A DNA stretch of 59,747 nt, counting the filler, from Sphacelaria rigidula (Eukaryota): the NCBI GenBank assembly GCA_964200075.2. It is 8 parts of 8 records of this genome, joined end to end, with 100 filler letters (N's around TTAATTAATTAA, not from the genome) between each part and the next. Parts side by side here need not be neighbours in the genome. Positions count along the whole stretch, not along the records: positions 22,445 to 29,825 come from CAXNAA020015178.1; positions 29,926 to 37,306 come from CAXNAA020015179.1; 6 more parts are not named here. The stretch is one strand, 5' to 3'. Position numbers and translations under genes: made by a program. A model generated the notes under the pieces. It was not told the DNA's origin. It saw only the letters and a program-made list of their open reading frames with translations, and made no database searches. Positions 22,922 through 35,634 of this stretch are shown here, one piece after another (within the stretch, counting starts at the first letter, position 1; every line of letters begins with the position of its first letter).

Positions 22922-25133
22922 CGTGACCACCTCTGAGCAGACGAGAGTACGCGCGGTAGAGCAACGAAAGGTAGCTATAATCCGGTTTGCCTGCCGTACT
23001 GCCGACAGCGTCGCGTGAAAGCCACAAGACCCTTGCTGTCGGCGGTTGATGGCGTGGGTCTCGAATGCAACGACATGCGGTTGATCGTAGAGCACTCTCG
23101 TGTCTCCTCCTAACTTGTAATAATCCATGACGTCCTGACATCGAAATAATTATTACTCATGGGAAGCTACTCGTACTGTACCGAGCTGTCCACGCGACCA
23201 GCATGTGCTGCAGATTGCCTATACGCCACGCGAGCAACAGTTAGGTCACCACCATGGGTATCGTTTTTCACTCCGCATGCCAAAAAGGTCTCTACAAGTG
23301 TTTAACCTCTCATACACCCCCCTCAACTGACGCGTGGCACGCTCTGCTCGGGCACCCGGTTGGGGGAGGTCGGCGAAAACCAACGATGAATAACATCCCT
23401 TGAGTTCAAATTGGACCTATCTGTTATTGCCGCAGCCCCGCTCTCGCTGGCATGTGTGTGACAGAGAACAGTAGTAGCGGTAACGGGAACATTCCCCTAT
23501 TTTTCAACGACGTGTTTTTCAGCGCAGAGAGGCGCGCCTTGTCAAAAAAGAGAGGCAGAGAGAAATCGATTATCGCGTTGGCGACAGGCAAGAAGAGACA
23601 ACGGAATCTTTCCGCACGTCGATGTTCTGGCACATGAAAAAATGGCAAATCGAACATGTGCCGAGACAGAATCTGTTTAATTAAATTAGCGGGCGAAGCC
23701 CACATCACGAGCCAAATCTCCCACACGAAGAGTAGGGTAACCCAAAGTGAGTTGACAGAAGCGCGACTATGGTCAAGTGTTCAAACTCGGCACTGGCCCA
23801 ACATTGAAGACCCGCCCACGATCAGACGGGGGACTAAAACATGGGACACGTCCTGTTTCACTACTGTACAGCAGCAAAAACACTCAAGCCTCTCTCATGT
23901 GCTGAAGCTTCCACTGTCTGCTCTGTTGTAGTGTGTTTACGCATTGCGAAGACGGTTTGGATTGTATGAGCTGCGATAATATTGTCGTTGTATTTGTCTC
24001 TCCAGAAAACAATATCAGTCGGCACGCAATGCTAGCTGCACACTGTTGAAAGCTTCATGGGTTTGTTGACTGTTTCGTCTTCGGTAAGACGAACAACGTG
24101 CTGTCCGTTGCTGCGACACCCCTGCTGGTGCCGTGCGTTGGGCGCCTGTACTGTACCATACTGTTGTCTTGTGTTCGGTGTACTATACTGTATTATCTAT
24201 GATACTGTATTATCTATGATACTGTATAGGTCTGAAACGCGCTACGAGTTAGACCGCACAACACCTGGTTTTAGAGTACTCCCCTGGTGCACGAACACGA
24301 ACACTTGATTTTAGTGTACTCCCCTGGCGATTCTCAAGCGAAATGGAGCGATCTAATTGGTAAGTTATGAAGCGATACGTACCGCTCCAAATTCAGTCTG
24401 CCGTTGAAACATTTGGCGCATGCTGGTATAATAACATTGATAATGCCAGTTTCTCAAGCGATTGGTAATCGCCGAGCAAGGACACACAAAGGACGCGGGC
24501 GAGGAGCTTCCTCTCTGTCGTTGCTTCTCTCTCTGGTGATATCGTCATCGACACGCGTGTACACCGCATTCATTAGGGGCACCTAGCCACAGCTGCTTGA
24601 ATGCGCGGGCATTTGGGGGGGAAGATGGCTTCGCTCAGACGCGAGTGTTTCGCGTCCCCCCTGCAAAAGAGAAATGCCACTTCAACCTCATTTTTTGTTT
24701 GAACCCCATTTTCTAGGATCCACTGTTGTAAAATGTTGCCCACGTTGGGAGCTTGGTGGGCTGGCATCATGGTTTCCCCTGGCTCTCATACTGAAAGACC
24801 TCAGCCAAAACATTGGCTACCCCCATCACTACGATAATTGGCGTCGAAAACGGACTTTGTTTTGCGTGGTTAGTAGATCTTAGTGTTGCCTGGTGTTGTG
24901 TTTATGTCGTGGTCTGGCCACGAGGTGATACGGGCATCGCTCTCGAGGAATGAGTACCATCGGGGGTTGCAATGTGCAATCAGTCGACTAAGAGGACGAT
25001 TGCAGTCGAATGGAGAAACACTCCAGCTAGTGGCACATAGACCCTGGAGTCCGAACCAGCACTGCATCGAAAGGCAAAACATAGATTCACTTTCACGTGA
25101 AGAGAAGTGCTCTTGACTTGCTGGCAAGCGAGA

Positions 25134-25683
25134 TGTCTCCAAGTGGTGGCCAATAGCTTTCGTTTTTAGGCGCCGCTAGGTAGCTAAACGACTCTTCGGC
25201 AGGGTGGTACTACTGTACTGCAAACCTCGACTGGAGCATTACACGAATAACGTATAGATGGAATACGATATATCGCACATGCACATATCACGCACATCGA
25301 GAACGCCTTCTACAAATGCGACTGATATCCGCCATAAAAAACCCTGCCTTGCTTTGTGCACGCTGCTCGATGCAAAGTAGGGAGTATCACAGCTCATTTT
25401 ATACCAGGGAAAATCCGCTCACATATACATGCCATCAGCCTTATATCACGCCAACGACGAGAAAACCGCGAAATTTTGGGGCTAGCGATGACCGCAGGAA
25501 AAACTCGTCAAAAAATCAAAAGATGGGCAAAACCTGGTATTCAGGGGGAAAGCCTCCTACGCTCTTTCGGATCAAAGCGAGTGCTTTCGCATGTGCTATG
25601 TTGTCCCGGGATCCCAGTTACACTAGGAACAGAAACCACTGAGAATCATTGAACTATTTTCAGATGGTAACGGCGCTTAGACA
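25134..25683 (-). mobile_element. Putative 3' LTR of the Gypsy element
   Basis: On the minus strand TGTCT follows the purine-rich GAATCAGGGG (25684-25693). The distal end is inferred only from a matching TGTCT/AGACA terminus at 25134. Confidence 0.55.
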
Positions 25684-25702
25684 CCCCTGATTCACACCAA
25701 TC

Positions 25703-28700
25703 CTAAGTAGTGTACGAGCCTATGAGGAGCAAGTTCAGGGCATCACTGCGCGACAGGGGGGCATGCGGGCGAGACGGCGTACTTGATGTCTTGGCTGGGT
25801 TGTAGATGTGCCAAAGTGCGTGAAACCCATCCAGTTGCAGGGGCGTAAATCTTTCCAGGACTCTGCTCTCCGGAAGCCACTCTGACGTCGCTCCCTCCTG
25901 AGTGAGTTCTTCCTTGGTACTCCCAACCTGCACTTCCTTTCCCTGATTTGCACTCGCGGCGGTTCACTAGGGTAAGGAGGTGGGGTGTGAAGTCAGGCGA
26001 AGACGATATTTTGAAGTCCGGTCCTCATGCAAACTGGGCGAACTCGTCGGCAATGGAGTGTCTCAAGTGCAGCGGCCGTACATGGTTCGGTTTGACGTCA
26101 GACGGGGCTACTGTGCGAGTACGTAGTTTTCGTCCTTGCATCACTACCTCGAGACTATGTCCGACCATCAGTACCTTTTTCACCGCCCAAGGTTCCGTAC
26201 ACCCGTCATGCGGCAGCTTCCTGACCCTGCCATCTCGGTACGTAGAGCTTTCACTCTCCCTCACCGTTACCAGATCCCCTTCCGTGACCGGCACGCCTGC
26301 TGATGGTCTCGAGATGGCTGCATTGTCATTTTCCCGCGACGCTGCTTTAGCCCCTCTGCCTTTTGTCCAGCGCCATCCTTACCTCGCGGAGGTTCTGCTT
26401 GCGCTGTTCGACGAGTGCATCTAGTCCCTTGCTCGGTTCTTCCTCTTGTGAGCGGGGCACGAGCGAGTCTAGCGATGTGCGCGGTTTGCGGCCGAAAAGC
26501 AGCTCGAAAGAGGATATGTTAGAGGGGAGCGATGTATCAGGCAATGTGCGCTTGATCCAGAGAGCAGGTGAGACAGACTCGTCCCACCTCTGGGGCCTAA
26601 GTCTACATAGTTCCGACAGCATATCTGACAGCTATCCTCCAAGTCTTTCAACAGTTGGTTGACCGCATGGATGATCTGACGGCCCGAAAGCGATGTCCGC
26701 CTTCAATTACCTGCACAGCTGCGTAGCGACATCGGCCCCGAACTCTTTGCCCCTGTCGCAGCGGACCATTTGTAGGACACTAAAAGTTAGGCATAACTCT
26801 GTCAGAATTCGTGCGATCTCGTCCGCTTCCTTTGATGGCAGAGGAGATCCGAACGGGAATCGGGATGCGCGGTCAAGTACCAGCAGAATGCACTTGTTGT
26901 GTGAGTGGGACATCACATCAATGATTAGCAAGTCGATTTCCAACTCGGCCCAGGGGTGTAGAGTGCGCCCCGGTCCCATCGCCATTTGACGGCTGCTTGC
27001 CTTCTTGCGCCGTCTACAGTTGCACGACAGCACATACTGCCTGGTGTCACGCGTCATAGTAGGCCAATGCAAGCGATCGCGCATCAGAGCAAGGGTGGCA
27101 CCTAGTCCGACATACCCATAGAACGTATGCACGAGTGCCAACAGGTCAGCTAGCAGCTCCTTGTCGTCGGCTTCTCGGTACCACAGTATACCTTGCTCGT
27201 CTACTTTTCAGTCTGATCGTCTTGCACTCACCGTTTCTGGCGTTTTTCTGCCTGCAAGGTCTGACTGCACCTGTTTGAGAGAGAGATCCCCTTGTTGGTG
27301 GTGCCGGAGATCGCTTTACGTTGGTGAGTATCCGTAGTGCACGGTCGATCGCCGCTGTGTCCGCCAGGTCCGGATCTGCTCATCTCGTTGGCATCTCTCC
27401 CCCGGCTAGGAACACTTCGCCCACTTTTACCAGCTCACCTGTTTTCGGCGGAACGATCGGTGTCGGCACCTGTAGCGGTACTTCAATCGGCGTTGGCTCT
27501 GCGGGTGAATTCGGGGTGACAACTTGGGGAGTGAAGGGCAGGGGTGTTGTATACGCAGCATCGGGGGGTTGCAAGAGTGCTGATGGTCTGCGAGTACGAG
27601 TCGAACGGCGCACAGGTTGATTATCGGTGATGACTGCGCACTCTGAGAAAGGGGGTAACCTCAGGGTGGCGATGTCAGGTGGGTTGTTGGAGTTTTACGG
27701 TGAATGCACACTTTTGTCTGCGCTCACTGACGTACCCGCCTCTTTTGGTTGTAGTTCCGGCAGTCCTTGTTCCGCGAGTTGTGGTCGTTGTGGGCCTACG
27801 AACTCTTTCGGTGAGCCCGACGTCAAATCGTCCGGAAAAGAACCATCAATGTCGGGCTGTGTCTCACTCGCGTGTGGGAGTTGTGACAACGCATCTGGCA
27901 GCACATGCCGGGAGCCTTCTCACCAATGTGTCGATGCCATACTCCATTAGCCGTAGGGCCCACCTGTACAGCTTGGGGCAGAGATCGCGGCTACGGAACA
28001 ACCATATGAGTGCCGAACAGTCAGTGATCAACGTGAACCTTCTCCAGCTAAGTACAGTCTATAGTGCTGGACATCCCACAAGACAGATATGCACTCTCGT
28101 GCTGTGGGTGCTCTGCGCGAGTCGTTGCGAGAGAATCGGTGGCTGGCTGCCGAATGATACGATGCGTGTTTCGCACCTCACCGGCTGCAGCAGCACCGCC
28201 TCAGCACCCACCTCGCCTGTGTCTGTCTGCAGTACAAACAACTTGTTGGGGTTGGGGAAGGCTAGTACCTTCGGCGAGGACAACCTGCTTCGAGGGCTTG
28301 AAACGCCTCTTCCTGCGCGGTATCCCACGGTATGGACAGCTTTCGCGCTCGCTTGGATGCGAAATCTTTGTTGCGGAGCAGGTCGGTTAGTGGGGCGGCT
28401 ACTAGGCTGTATCTCTCAACAAACTGGCGCAATACCCTGTGAGGCCGAGGAAAGTACGTGGCTCCTCGACGGTGGATGTTCCAGGCATTCCGGCGATGGC
28501 GACGAGATTGGATGGCGCGGGATGAAGGCCACTGCTATTTACCAGCATGCCCAGAAACTCTTGCGACGCCGATGCAAAAATGCACTTGGCGAAGTTCACC
28601 GAGAATCCCACGACCAACAAGCGTTGTAACACGATCACGAGTAGAGCTAGATGCTCGTCCCAGGATGTGGTCGCGATAAAGATATCGTCAAGCCAGGTGA

Positions 28701-29720
28701 ACACCCCATCCAACTGTCCTACCGTACCTTTTACCCGACGGGTGAACGCGGCGGGCAGAACTGTTAGCCCAAACCCTGCTCGTGTGAACTCGTATAGGAG
28801 GCCACCTGCCTCTCGGGACGCCGTTTTGAAAAGGTCTTTCTCAGCGATCTCGATTTGGTGAAAACCGGAGGCAAGGTCGAGTTGGATGAAGTAACGCTTA
28901 CCCTTGAGACCATCGAAAATGAATTTCATATCCCCGAGACCCCCGCTGTCCGGCACTAAGAGTTTGCTCAGTTCACGCCAATCAATGCACAAGCGCAAGG
29001 TGCCGTCTTTCCATTTCACGCATAGGCATTGGGCTGCCCACAGGGAGGTCGAGGGTCGGATGATCCCTCGAGCATGAAGCTAGTGTATCTCTTCGCGGAT
29101 CATGTGACGCTGCTCAGGGAAAAATCGGCGTTGCTTAGCTGCGAATGGCGTACATGACTCGTTAGGTGAGGAGAAGTTCTAGCTCACCGTTGATGCAGGC
29201 GGGAACCCGCTTGGGGTCTGTGAGGAACAGTGCAGCTTCGGTAAAGCTCAGCAGCGTGTCTATCAGCTCTCTCTTTTCCGCTCCTCCATGCTGGCACCAT
29301 GTTGGCGTCCTTCACGTTGACCTTGGGGCTTGGTTGGGTCGAGCAACTACTGTCTGGACGTGAGGCGCGGGGTGGGGGGTACACGGGGGGGGGTCTATCG
29401 TAGATGGATGTGGGTCAAACAGTGAGTGAAACCTGGCGGGGTCGCGTACGTTCAGTACTATCATACGCGCGACAGTGCCAGTAGGCTTCACTGCTACCTG
29501 CTCCTTACTTCTATGTACAAGTTTGCAGTATACCGGCGACCCCGGCTGCCACCACGATATTCCCTTCGCAATCCCCGCTTCTGCCCCTTCGTCCAGATCG
29601 AACTTTACCTGGGGGAGTACAAGTACAAACTGCCTATCCTGTGGTTGAGGCCCGATCGCGGTTGTTTCTTTGGTGATTCGACGTGTTTTCATGTTGTGCC
29701 CAAAATAGTGCTGCGTTGAT
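25703..29720 (-). mobile_element. Degenerate Ty3/Gypsy pol (RT-RNase H-integrase, chromo-like tail)
   Basis: RT: LRLCIDWRELS...LDLASGFHQI...FGL...WLDD. RNase H: FVLQTD. Integrase: H..G...CxC zinc-binding region, VRCDRGKEF and WDE.VSPALW..RT...FELLFGRKP. Many stops and frameshifts. Confidence 0.95.
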
Positions 29721-29825
29721 CCCCCCTGTGTACATCACCGGGGGGGGGGGGGGCTCGATTTCTTCCTTGCCTTAGTCGCTCCACTGTTGACCCCGGATCC
29801 CCTGGGAGGACGCGCCGCGGTTCAC

Positions 29826-29925
29826 NNNNNNNNNNNNNNNNNNNNNNNNNNNNNNNNNNNNNNNNNNNNTTAATTAATTAANNNNNNNNNNNNNNNNNNN
29901 NNNNNNNNNNNNNNNNNNNNNNNNN
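29826..29925. other. Artificial contig linker
   Basis: N44-TTAATTAATTAA-N44. Confidence 0.98.
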
Positions 29926-29942
29926 CGTTTCATTGATGAACA

Positions 29943-30430
29943 TTACTTTATAGAATCTTCTGTTTTCTGAGATAGGGAGGAGCAGGTCGCGCAGAACGTA
30001 TGGTGTGCAACCCTGCAGTGCGTGCATCGGTACCTGCGGGAATGGGGACAGAGAATATATGTCGGCGGCGAATGGATCGACAGTCTCGCGAGCAATGCCT
30101 TCGTCGATGGGTGTGTATCTCGGTGCCCGCCCTCCGACTAGATACTCCATGTGCGCTAATTTCACTCTCACCTGACGTGTAGGGTGGGTTTGCACGATTC
30201 GCACACTTTGCCCTCGCGACTACCCGCTGCTGGGCGGTCCCGGCCCTCCTCACCCTCGCCGTCGGCCTCCCCACCGGATGCGTCGTTCACATCTCCCTCG
30301 CCGCCGCCACCCACGAGTTTTAAACGAGTTTCTTGTCGTTTATCGCGTTTCATTTTTTCCTCCACGTTTCGCTGAAAGACTTGAAGGTCCCTCTTTGTGT
30401 CATCTTCGAACGGCGGTGAGGGCAATATCT
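29943..30430 (-). CDS. Spliced ORF with a C-terminal Cys/His finger (exons 30430-30172, 30033-29943); possibly a pseudogene
   Basis: A phase-consistent GT-AG join gives VCESCKPTLHVR-YRCTHCRVAHHTFCATC, after a charged and Gly/Glu-rich segment. Confidence 0.5.
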
Positions 30431-31407
30431 CTGGTATGTCAAGTATGAACTAAGATATAAAATACGGGACGGCCGGCAGCAAGTATCTGCCTTGTCTCTG
30501 GAGTGCAAATGTTTGTGGGCGGTGGTGTTTTACACTCCTCGACCAGTACTACCGGGAAATATACAGCTGACTTCCGCGCCTGAGCAGCGAGGCCGGTCAC
30601 CGGTTACCTCGCGACAGCGAATATATGTCTCAACTTTCTTAGGATAAAGTCAACTACCGACGGGGAGTAACGCACCAGCTCCAAGGGCCGTGGAAGTCTT
30701 CCCTTGTAGACCGCCTCGAATTCCTTTATGGCTTAGCCTTCCTGTTCTTTAGCCGGCAGGCTTTCTCTTGTCTCTGATATCGTCTTGTCTACGGACGATA
30801 TATAGTCCCACACGAACAGCTGGAAATCTTCCAACCCGTACCTACCGTTTATCATTTTTTGCACGCCGCTGTTCGCAGAAACCGGAATCGAAAACATCAA
30901 ACGTCGCACCACATTCTGTGACAGGTCGACTAGTGTGCAGTGATACTAACGTACACGGCGGCGCATTCTCACGTGGTCTCGATATGGACAGAGCGCTTTA
31001 CCTCGGGCGGCGGCCGGGCTACGGATTAACGGCACACGAATTTTTGTTCAGCGGCCAATCTCGAAACCTTGGACCCAAGCGAATCTGAGATGTGGGCTAG
31101 GCTCCTCTCTGTGGGGTGATGCAAAGTGTCCAAGACGTGTGTTGGCGATTTTATCTGTCTGGGGATCAAAAAGTGGCTCAAATGTACTAGAAGTGAACAA
31201 TCCGTGGGCCAAAAATCTGTTTGCGATAACATCCGGCCTGAATACTATGTATTGTACCCGTCATCTCGAGAAACCAAAATGTCATCGACGGTGCCACCGG
31301 ATGATGGAAGATCAAAGTGGGTGTTTTCCGTCGTGCTCAACATTGACTCGTGCTGGCTGGGCTTCGATACTCCGTCGGTACCCTTTGCGTTTGTGTCTAT
31401 TGTATGT

Positions 31408-31461
31408 CGGTCGCCCCGGTGGCTCAGGTGGTAACCTCGAAACCTTCTGACGGTTGAGCAG
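31408..31461 (+). mobile_element. tRNA-derived SINE head (family S2)
   Basis: GGTCGCCCCGGTGGCTCAGGTGGTAACCTCG (A-box TGGCTCAGNTGG); same as 37407-37468 and 38291-38378 on the minus strand. Confidence 0.65.
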
Positions 31462-31812
31462 CTGATCAAAAAAATGAAGACTCCCGAATTGAAAAAAAAA
31501 CACGCGGGAGCGGTCATGATGAAGGGTCCCGGTGGAAATAAGGATCCACCTATATAGGTGGATATACTTTTTGCGCTCAAAACCGGTCAAGGACTTTCCT
31601 GTACTGTTGTCTATGCACATGTCCTACATTCACATGGTCATAAAAAGAGGCGTGTGACATTATGGCGAAAGAATGATTCTGAATCTCGAACATGGCATGG
31701 TCCAACGCAGTCTACATGCGGTTTTATAGGCGACATGGACCCGCGGAACACTTCTGAGGGCAAAATATATTGCTCAACTGGGTTTCTCACCGTGATGCCC
31801 CCGGAAGACCCT

Positions 31813-32538
31813 ATTCGTGAGATTCAGAGGGCAGTTTCAGATTCGGAGTGTATGCTCTAGCGTTCCCAACAAGATACTTTTGTTCTTCGCTTTTTTTGCT
31901 TGAGCACATGTGCACAAGCACCGCAGGTAAGGTGCCGTACCGAGCGTACCCCCGGTATTTACCGGTGTATCACATACCGTGGTATGCGTAGGTATCGTAT
32001 GTATGAGTTTTGAAAATACCGGATTGGGCCGGTACGGTACGTATTGAAATCTCGAAATACCCTGGTATCATAGGTATCGTAGGTAACACAATATTTGTGA
32101 GATTCAGAGCGTAGTTTCAGATTCAGAAGGGATGCTCTAGCGTTCCTAACAGGCAACTTATTTTCCTTATTTTTGCTTGAGCACACGTGCTGTGCATGCA
32201 GCTACCGTACAGTACCCCATTCGAGGATTCCGGCAGTCTGGCTGGTGAGATACCGCACGAAGCATTTTTACGCCTGGGGGTCATTTCGGAACTGAAACTG
32301 TTGCAGGCACTAATCGGTGTTTCCTGACAAAGGGGATCTTTCGTTGCAATGGACTGACTATGTAGTTGCGATCAAGTGATGTGTCAAAATGATCGTGTAG
32401 GTGACAGCTGTCATTGAAGCCACCGCTTCACAAGCTGAGCGCATTACTCCTCGAACTGTGGCGATGTCAAAATCGACGGGAAAGTCGATTGCTTCGGGTC
32501 TCACTCTGAATCTGAAACAACCCTCTGATTCTCACGAA
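31813..32538. repeat. Composite repeat: ~95-bp direct repeat (31813-31912, 32094-32190) with an inverted ~38-bp copy of its start (32500-32538)
   Basis: The GTGAGATTCAGAG..AGTTTCAGATTC motif occurs twice direct and once inverted. Confidence 0.6.
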
Positions 32539-33440
32539 TGTTGTGTTTCGGGTGTTATGTCAGGGGCGACGGGGGACCGCGAGAGACAGGGATCCTGTTC
32601 ACCAAAACAAAACCCTCGCGTTCCTCGACAGATACGCAAAGACGTACGAGCAAAAGATGCCGCGCCAGAATGTTGTATACTTCTACATGAGAAACAAACA
32701 GGTGGGTAAATGTAGGTAGCGCTTGCACAGCCATTGTTTCGGTCGCGCTTTTGGACTGATATGTGTGGGTGGGTGGGTGGGTGGGTGGGTGGGGGGCTCT
32801 CGCGGCATCAATCACGGTAAACGGCGTCTTATTTTAGTTTGGTTTGTTCGTTTTTTACCAACACATTTGAGGAACCAGTCGGTAAATATCGTTTCGATTT
32901 GTGTCTTTGTCGGGCTAGAGGTACGGGCCTGGAACACTCCAATCCCCGACGGTGTTCATAGTCTTCGATTCCAATTCCAATTACTGGACCATTGACTACC
33001 CCTTCGCGCATCTAACACGCGATTTCGGAAATTGAGCGCAGTTTTTATGGAGGAAAAACGCTGTGAACTGCCACAAGCATCGAAATGTTTTCGAAGTAGA
33101 ATTACAAATACACTCTCCGGCCGTAATGTGTGGCGTCGCTCATCATGGGAGAAAACGCCGGTCATTTGTAAAATCCCGTGTGTTTCAGGGGATTCTGTAA
33201 TACAAGAGCAGTGTAAAATACAGGAAGCACCTGAGGATTAACTTGTTCTGTGCAAGTACAGGATGCCGCAAATTGCAGACGGACTATTGTTCAGGAGGAG
33301 CCACGCCACACGGCACAATCGGAGAAGGCAGATTCTTTTGTGTATTACGGAAATGTAGTGATGCTTCCGAAGGTTCCCAAGGTTCAACCACAGTAAAACA
33401 TCCATTCCCAATTTTCAAAATCGCGTGCTGTCTGATTCAG

Positions 33441-33633
33441 TTCAACTGTCGGATCCATCCCCCCTGCGAATAGCGTCGCAGAAAGAGGCAATGCGGTGGA
33501 TGACAGTATAGATATACGCGCCGGAGCCCAGGACGCAGCTCATCGCGCTTGTGTGCTAGTTGTTTGGCTTCATGCGCACGCTGATGTTGCGCTACCAACT
33601 TCATGCGCGCGCTCATTTTCCCAACCATATAGC
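33441..33633 (+). CDS. Possible upstream exon of the transposase-like gene
   Basis: Open frame ...ACVLVVWLHAHADVALPTS...PYS, phase-compatible with the next exon via |gtaact. Boundaries uncertain. Confidence 0.4.
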
Positions 33634-33713
33634 GTAACTATCCGGCGTTGCGGGCTCAATTTCCTGCACACGATCCCTCGAAACACGCGACCACCTCACA
33701 TCCCTGATGACAG

Positions 33714-33962
33714 GAGGTGTACGATGCGTTCGTGGAGAATATGCGTAGTACGGGAGGGGGGGTAGCCGCAAGTCTTCGCTATTTTTACACCACGATGCGC
33801 AAGGACCGACCCCACTACAAGGGCAAGGTCGGCGGCACATTCATGAAGTGTAACGCGTGCATTCTGTACCATGACACCCTTAATGGGAGTTCTGGTGTGA
33901 GGGTCACCGCTGACCCCGGCAAGATGGAGGAGGTCGCTATGGAGCAGAAGGCGCACTTGCAT
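33714..33962 (+). CDS. Transposase-like gene, exon with CxxC...H region
   Basis: EVYDAFVENM...SLRYFYTTMRK...FMKCNAC...KAHLH; gacag| and |gtgagt; 83 codons. Confidence 0.75.
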
Positions 33963-34637
33963 GTGAGTCGTCTTTTCGTCGAAATTGTCTGCAGCTCGTG
34001 ATGTCACCGGAAAACGAGGATACGCAATATGTGAGACTACGCCACGAATAGCATCCAAAGCAGCCGCAGGTGTATCGAATTAGTCAAGGGGAGGATATTT
34101 CCCGACTACTATATTTCCTCAGCTCGTACCTGCAGCGACCCGTCGATATCAATGTTTCGATGCGAGTACGCATCGAAATTCTGTCGAGTAAACCTCAATC
34201 TCCCTATGCGACCTCGGCTCAATGCGTCACGGTATCGCAAATCGCGAGTGCCACTCCACTCAAGTTCCCCAGGTCCATGCGGTCGAGTAGCGTTTCCCAG
34301 TTACACGTTGTCTTGGCGGAAACCCTCTCCGCCCGAGCCGCGTATCAACAGCCGACCGTTTTTCTTATCATTTACCTAGCTTAATTTTAGTTCGTTATTT
34401 CGGATTGGTTTCGTTTCTCGTGTGTATTTTGATCTGAATTTATGAGCTATGTTTATGTTTTTAATATCTGTGGTTACTTCACGCCTCCTGAGCGGGTGTT
34501 TCTGTGCTTCCTTCAATCCCGAGTTCGTCTTCCATGGGACCACGGCTTGAGGCACGTGGTTTGTCCCAATGATAGATACAACGCTCGAGATATTCCTCAT
34601 CAATCTTACGATGCGGACCTCCCCTCGACCGTAACAG

Positions 34638-34801
34638 TTCGTGGCTCTAGACCGTCAGCGCCTGGCTTTTATCAGTCAGGCTGCCATTCGAGTGAACGCT
34701 AATCAGGAGCCGTTGAAGTTCGTGTCTCTACAAGCCGATGCAGCAGCTCAAACGGTGTTCGCTCTACCTATGTCCTCTCCAGTGACGCACGGCACAGACA
34801 A
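34638..34801 (+). CDS. Transposase-like gene, exon with the first predicted catalytic Asp
   Basis: FVALDRQRL...EPLKFVSLQADAAAQTVFALP; taacag| and |gtgagt; phases match both neighbours. Absent from the ORF track. Confidence 0.72.
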
Positions 34802-34992
34802 GTGAGTACAAACGACACATGACCGTGCATTCGACGGTGTCCCCCTTTGGTTAGCGCCTCCAACGCTCGCGTACACCCACGGTCATGACGCCGGTGAATA
34901 CTCGCTCGCGCGTGCGTCGACGTCGATATAAAGTGTATCGTGTCTGATACGACTCCGCGGTTATGCACGATGCGCGATGTGGCGACTGACAG

Positions 34993-35081
34993 GGGGTATG
35001 CCGAACGCCAAAAAGTCATGGCAGTTCTCGTGGAGGGGCAGTTCGTGGAGTTCTTCCTGGCACCTCAGACCGTCGGAGGCG
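34993..35081 (+). CDS. Transposase-like gene exon
   Basis: GYAERQKVMAVLVEGQFVEFFLAPQTVGG; gacag| and |gtgagt. Confidence 0.72.
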
Positions 35082-35384
35082 GTGAGTTCGAGCACGGTGC
35101 TCGTGTCATGCAGTCGTCGAATTATACCGTGAGGCGATCGCCGGCATGATTCGTTCGCATCTCGAGTTTCTTATAGCGCAGTATCGCCGCCCACCCAATT
35201 CGACGTAAGTAACTGTTTGTCTGCCGTAGTCCATTCGTTCGATACTTCTACCACCGAGGCGCGTGGTTCGGTACAGCACACTGGCCCACAGTCCACCACA
35301 GCATTTCTTCCACAAACCTAACGAACATCGAACACTGTCCATCCCGCCATCCCGCCATCACCTTGCCGTGTACTTGTTTCGCAG

Positions 35385-35634
35385 GCAGCAATCTTATATG
35401 CACCTCCATTCACCGGGCACTGACGCGACTGTTCGACACGCACTGCAGCGCCGGCACCCCAGCGTACATCGACGAACTACACGCCCAATTCGACAACTGC
35501 GTGGGCGAAAACAAGAACCACGTCGTCTTAACGTACCTGGGTTCTCTGATTGCTCGAGGCATCATCGGACGGGTTGAGGTCAATTTCATGATGGTTGGAC
35601 ATACCCATATCATGATCAACCAGGTGTTGTCGAG
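35385..35634 (+). CDS. Transposase-like gene, core exon (DUF7869/Sola-like DDD domain)
   Basis: GSNLICTSIHRAL...LHAQFDNCVGENKNHVVLTYLGSLIARGIIGRVEVNFMMVGHTHIMINQVLSR. Confidence 0.85.

Noticed and set aside
27679-28629. 316-aa plus-strand ORF, the longest in the track
   Set aside because: Antisense shadow of the Gypsy RT/RNase H region with no recognisable motif.
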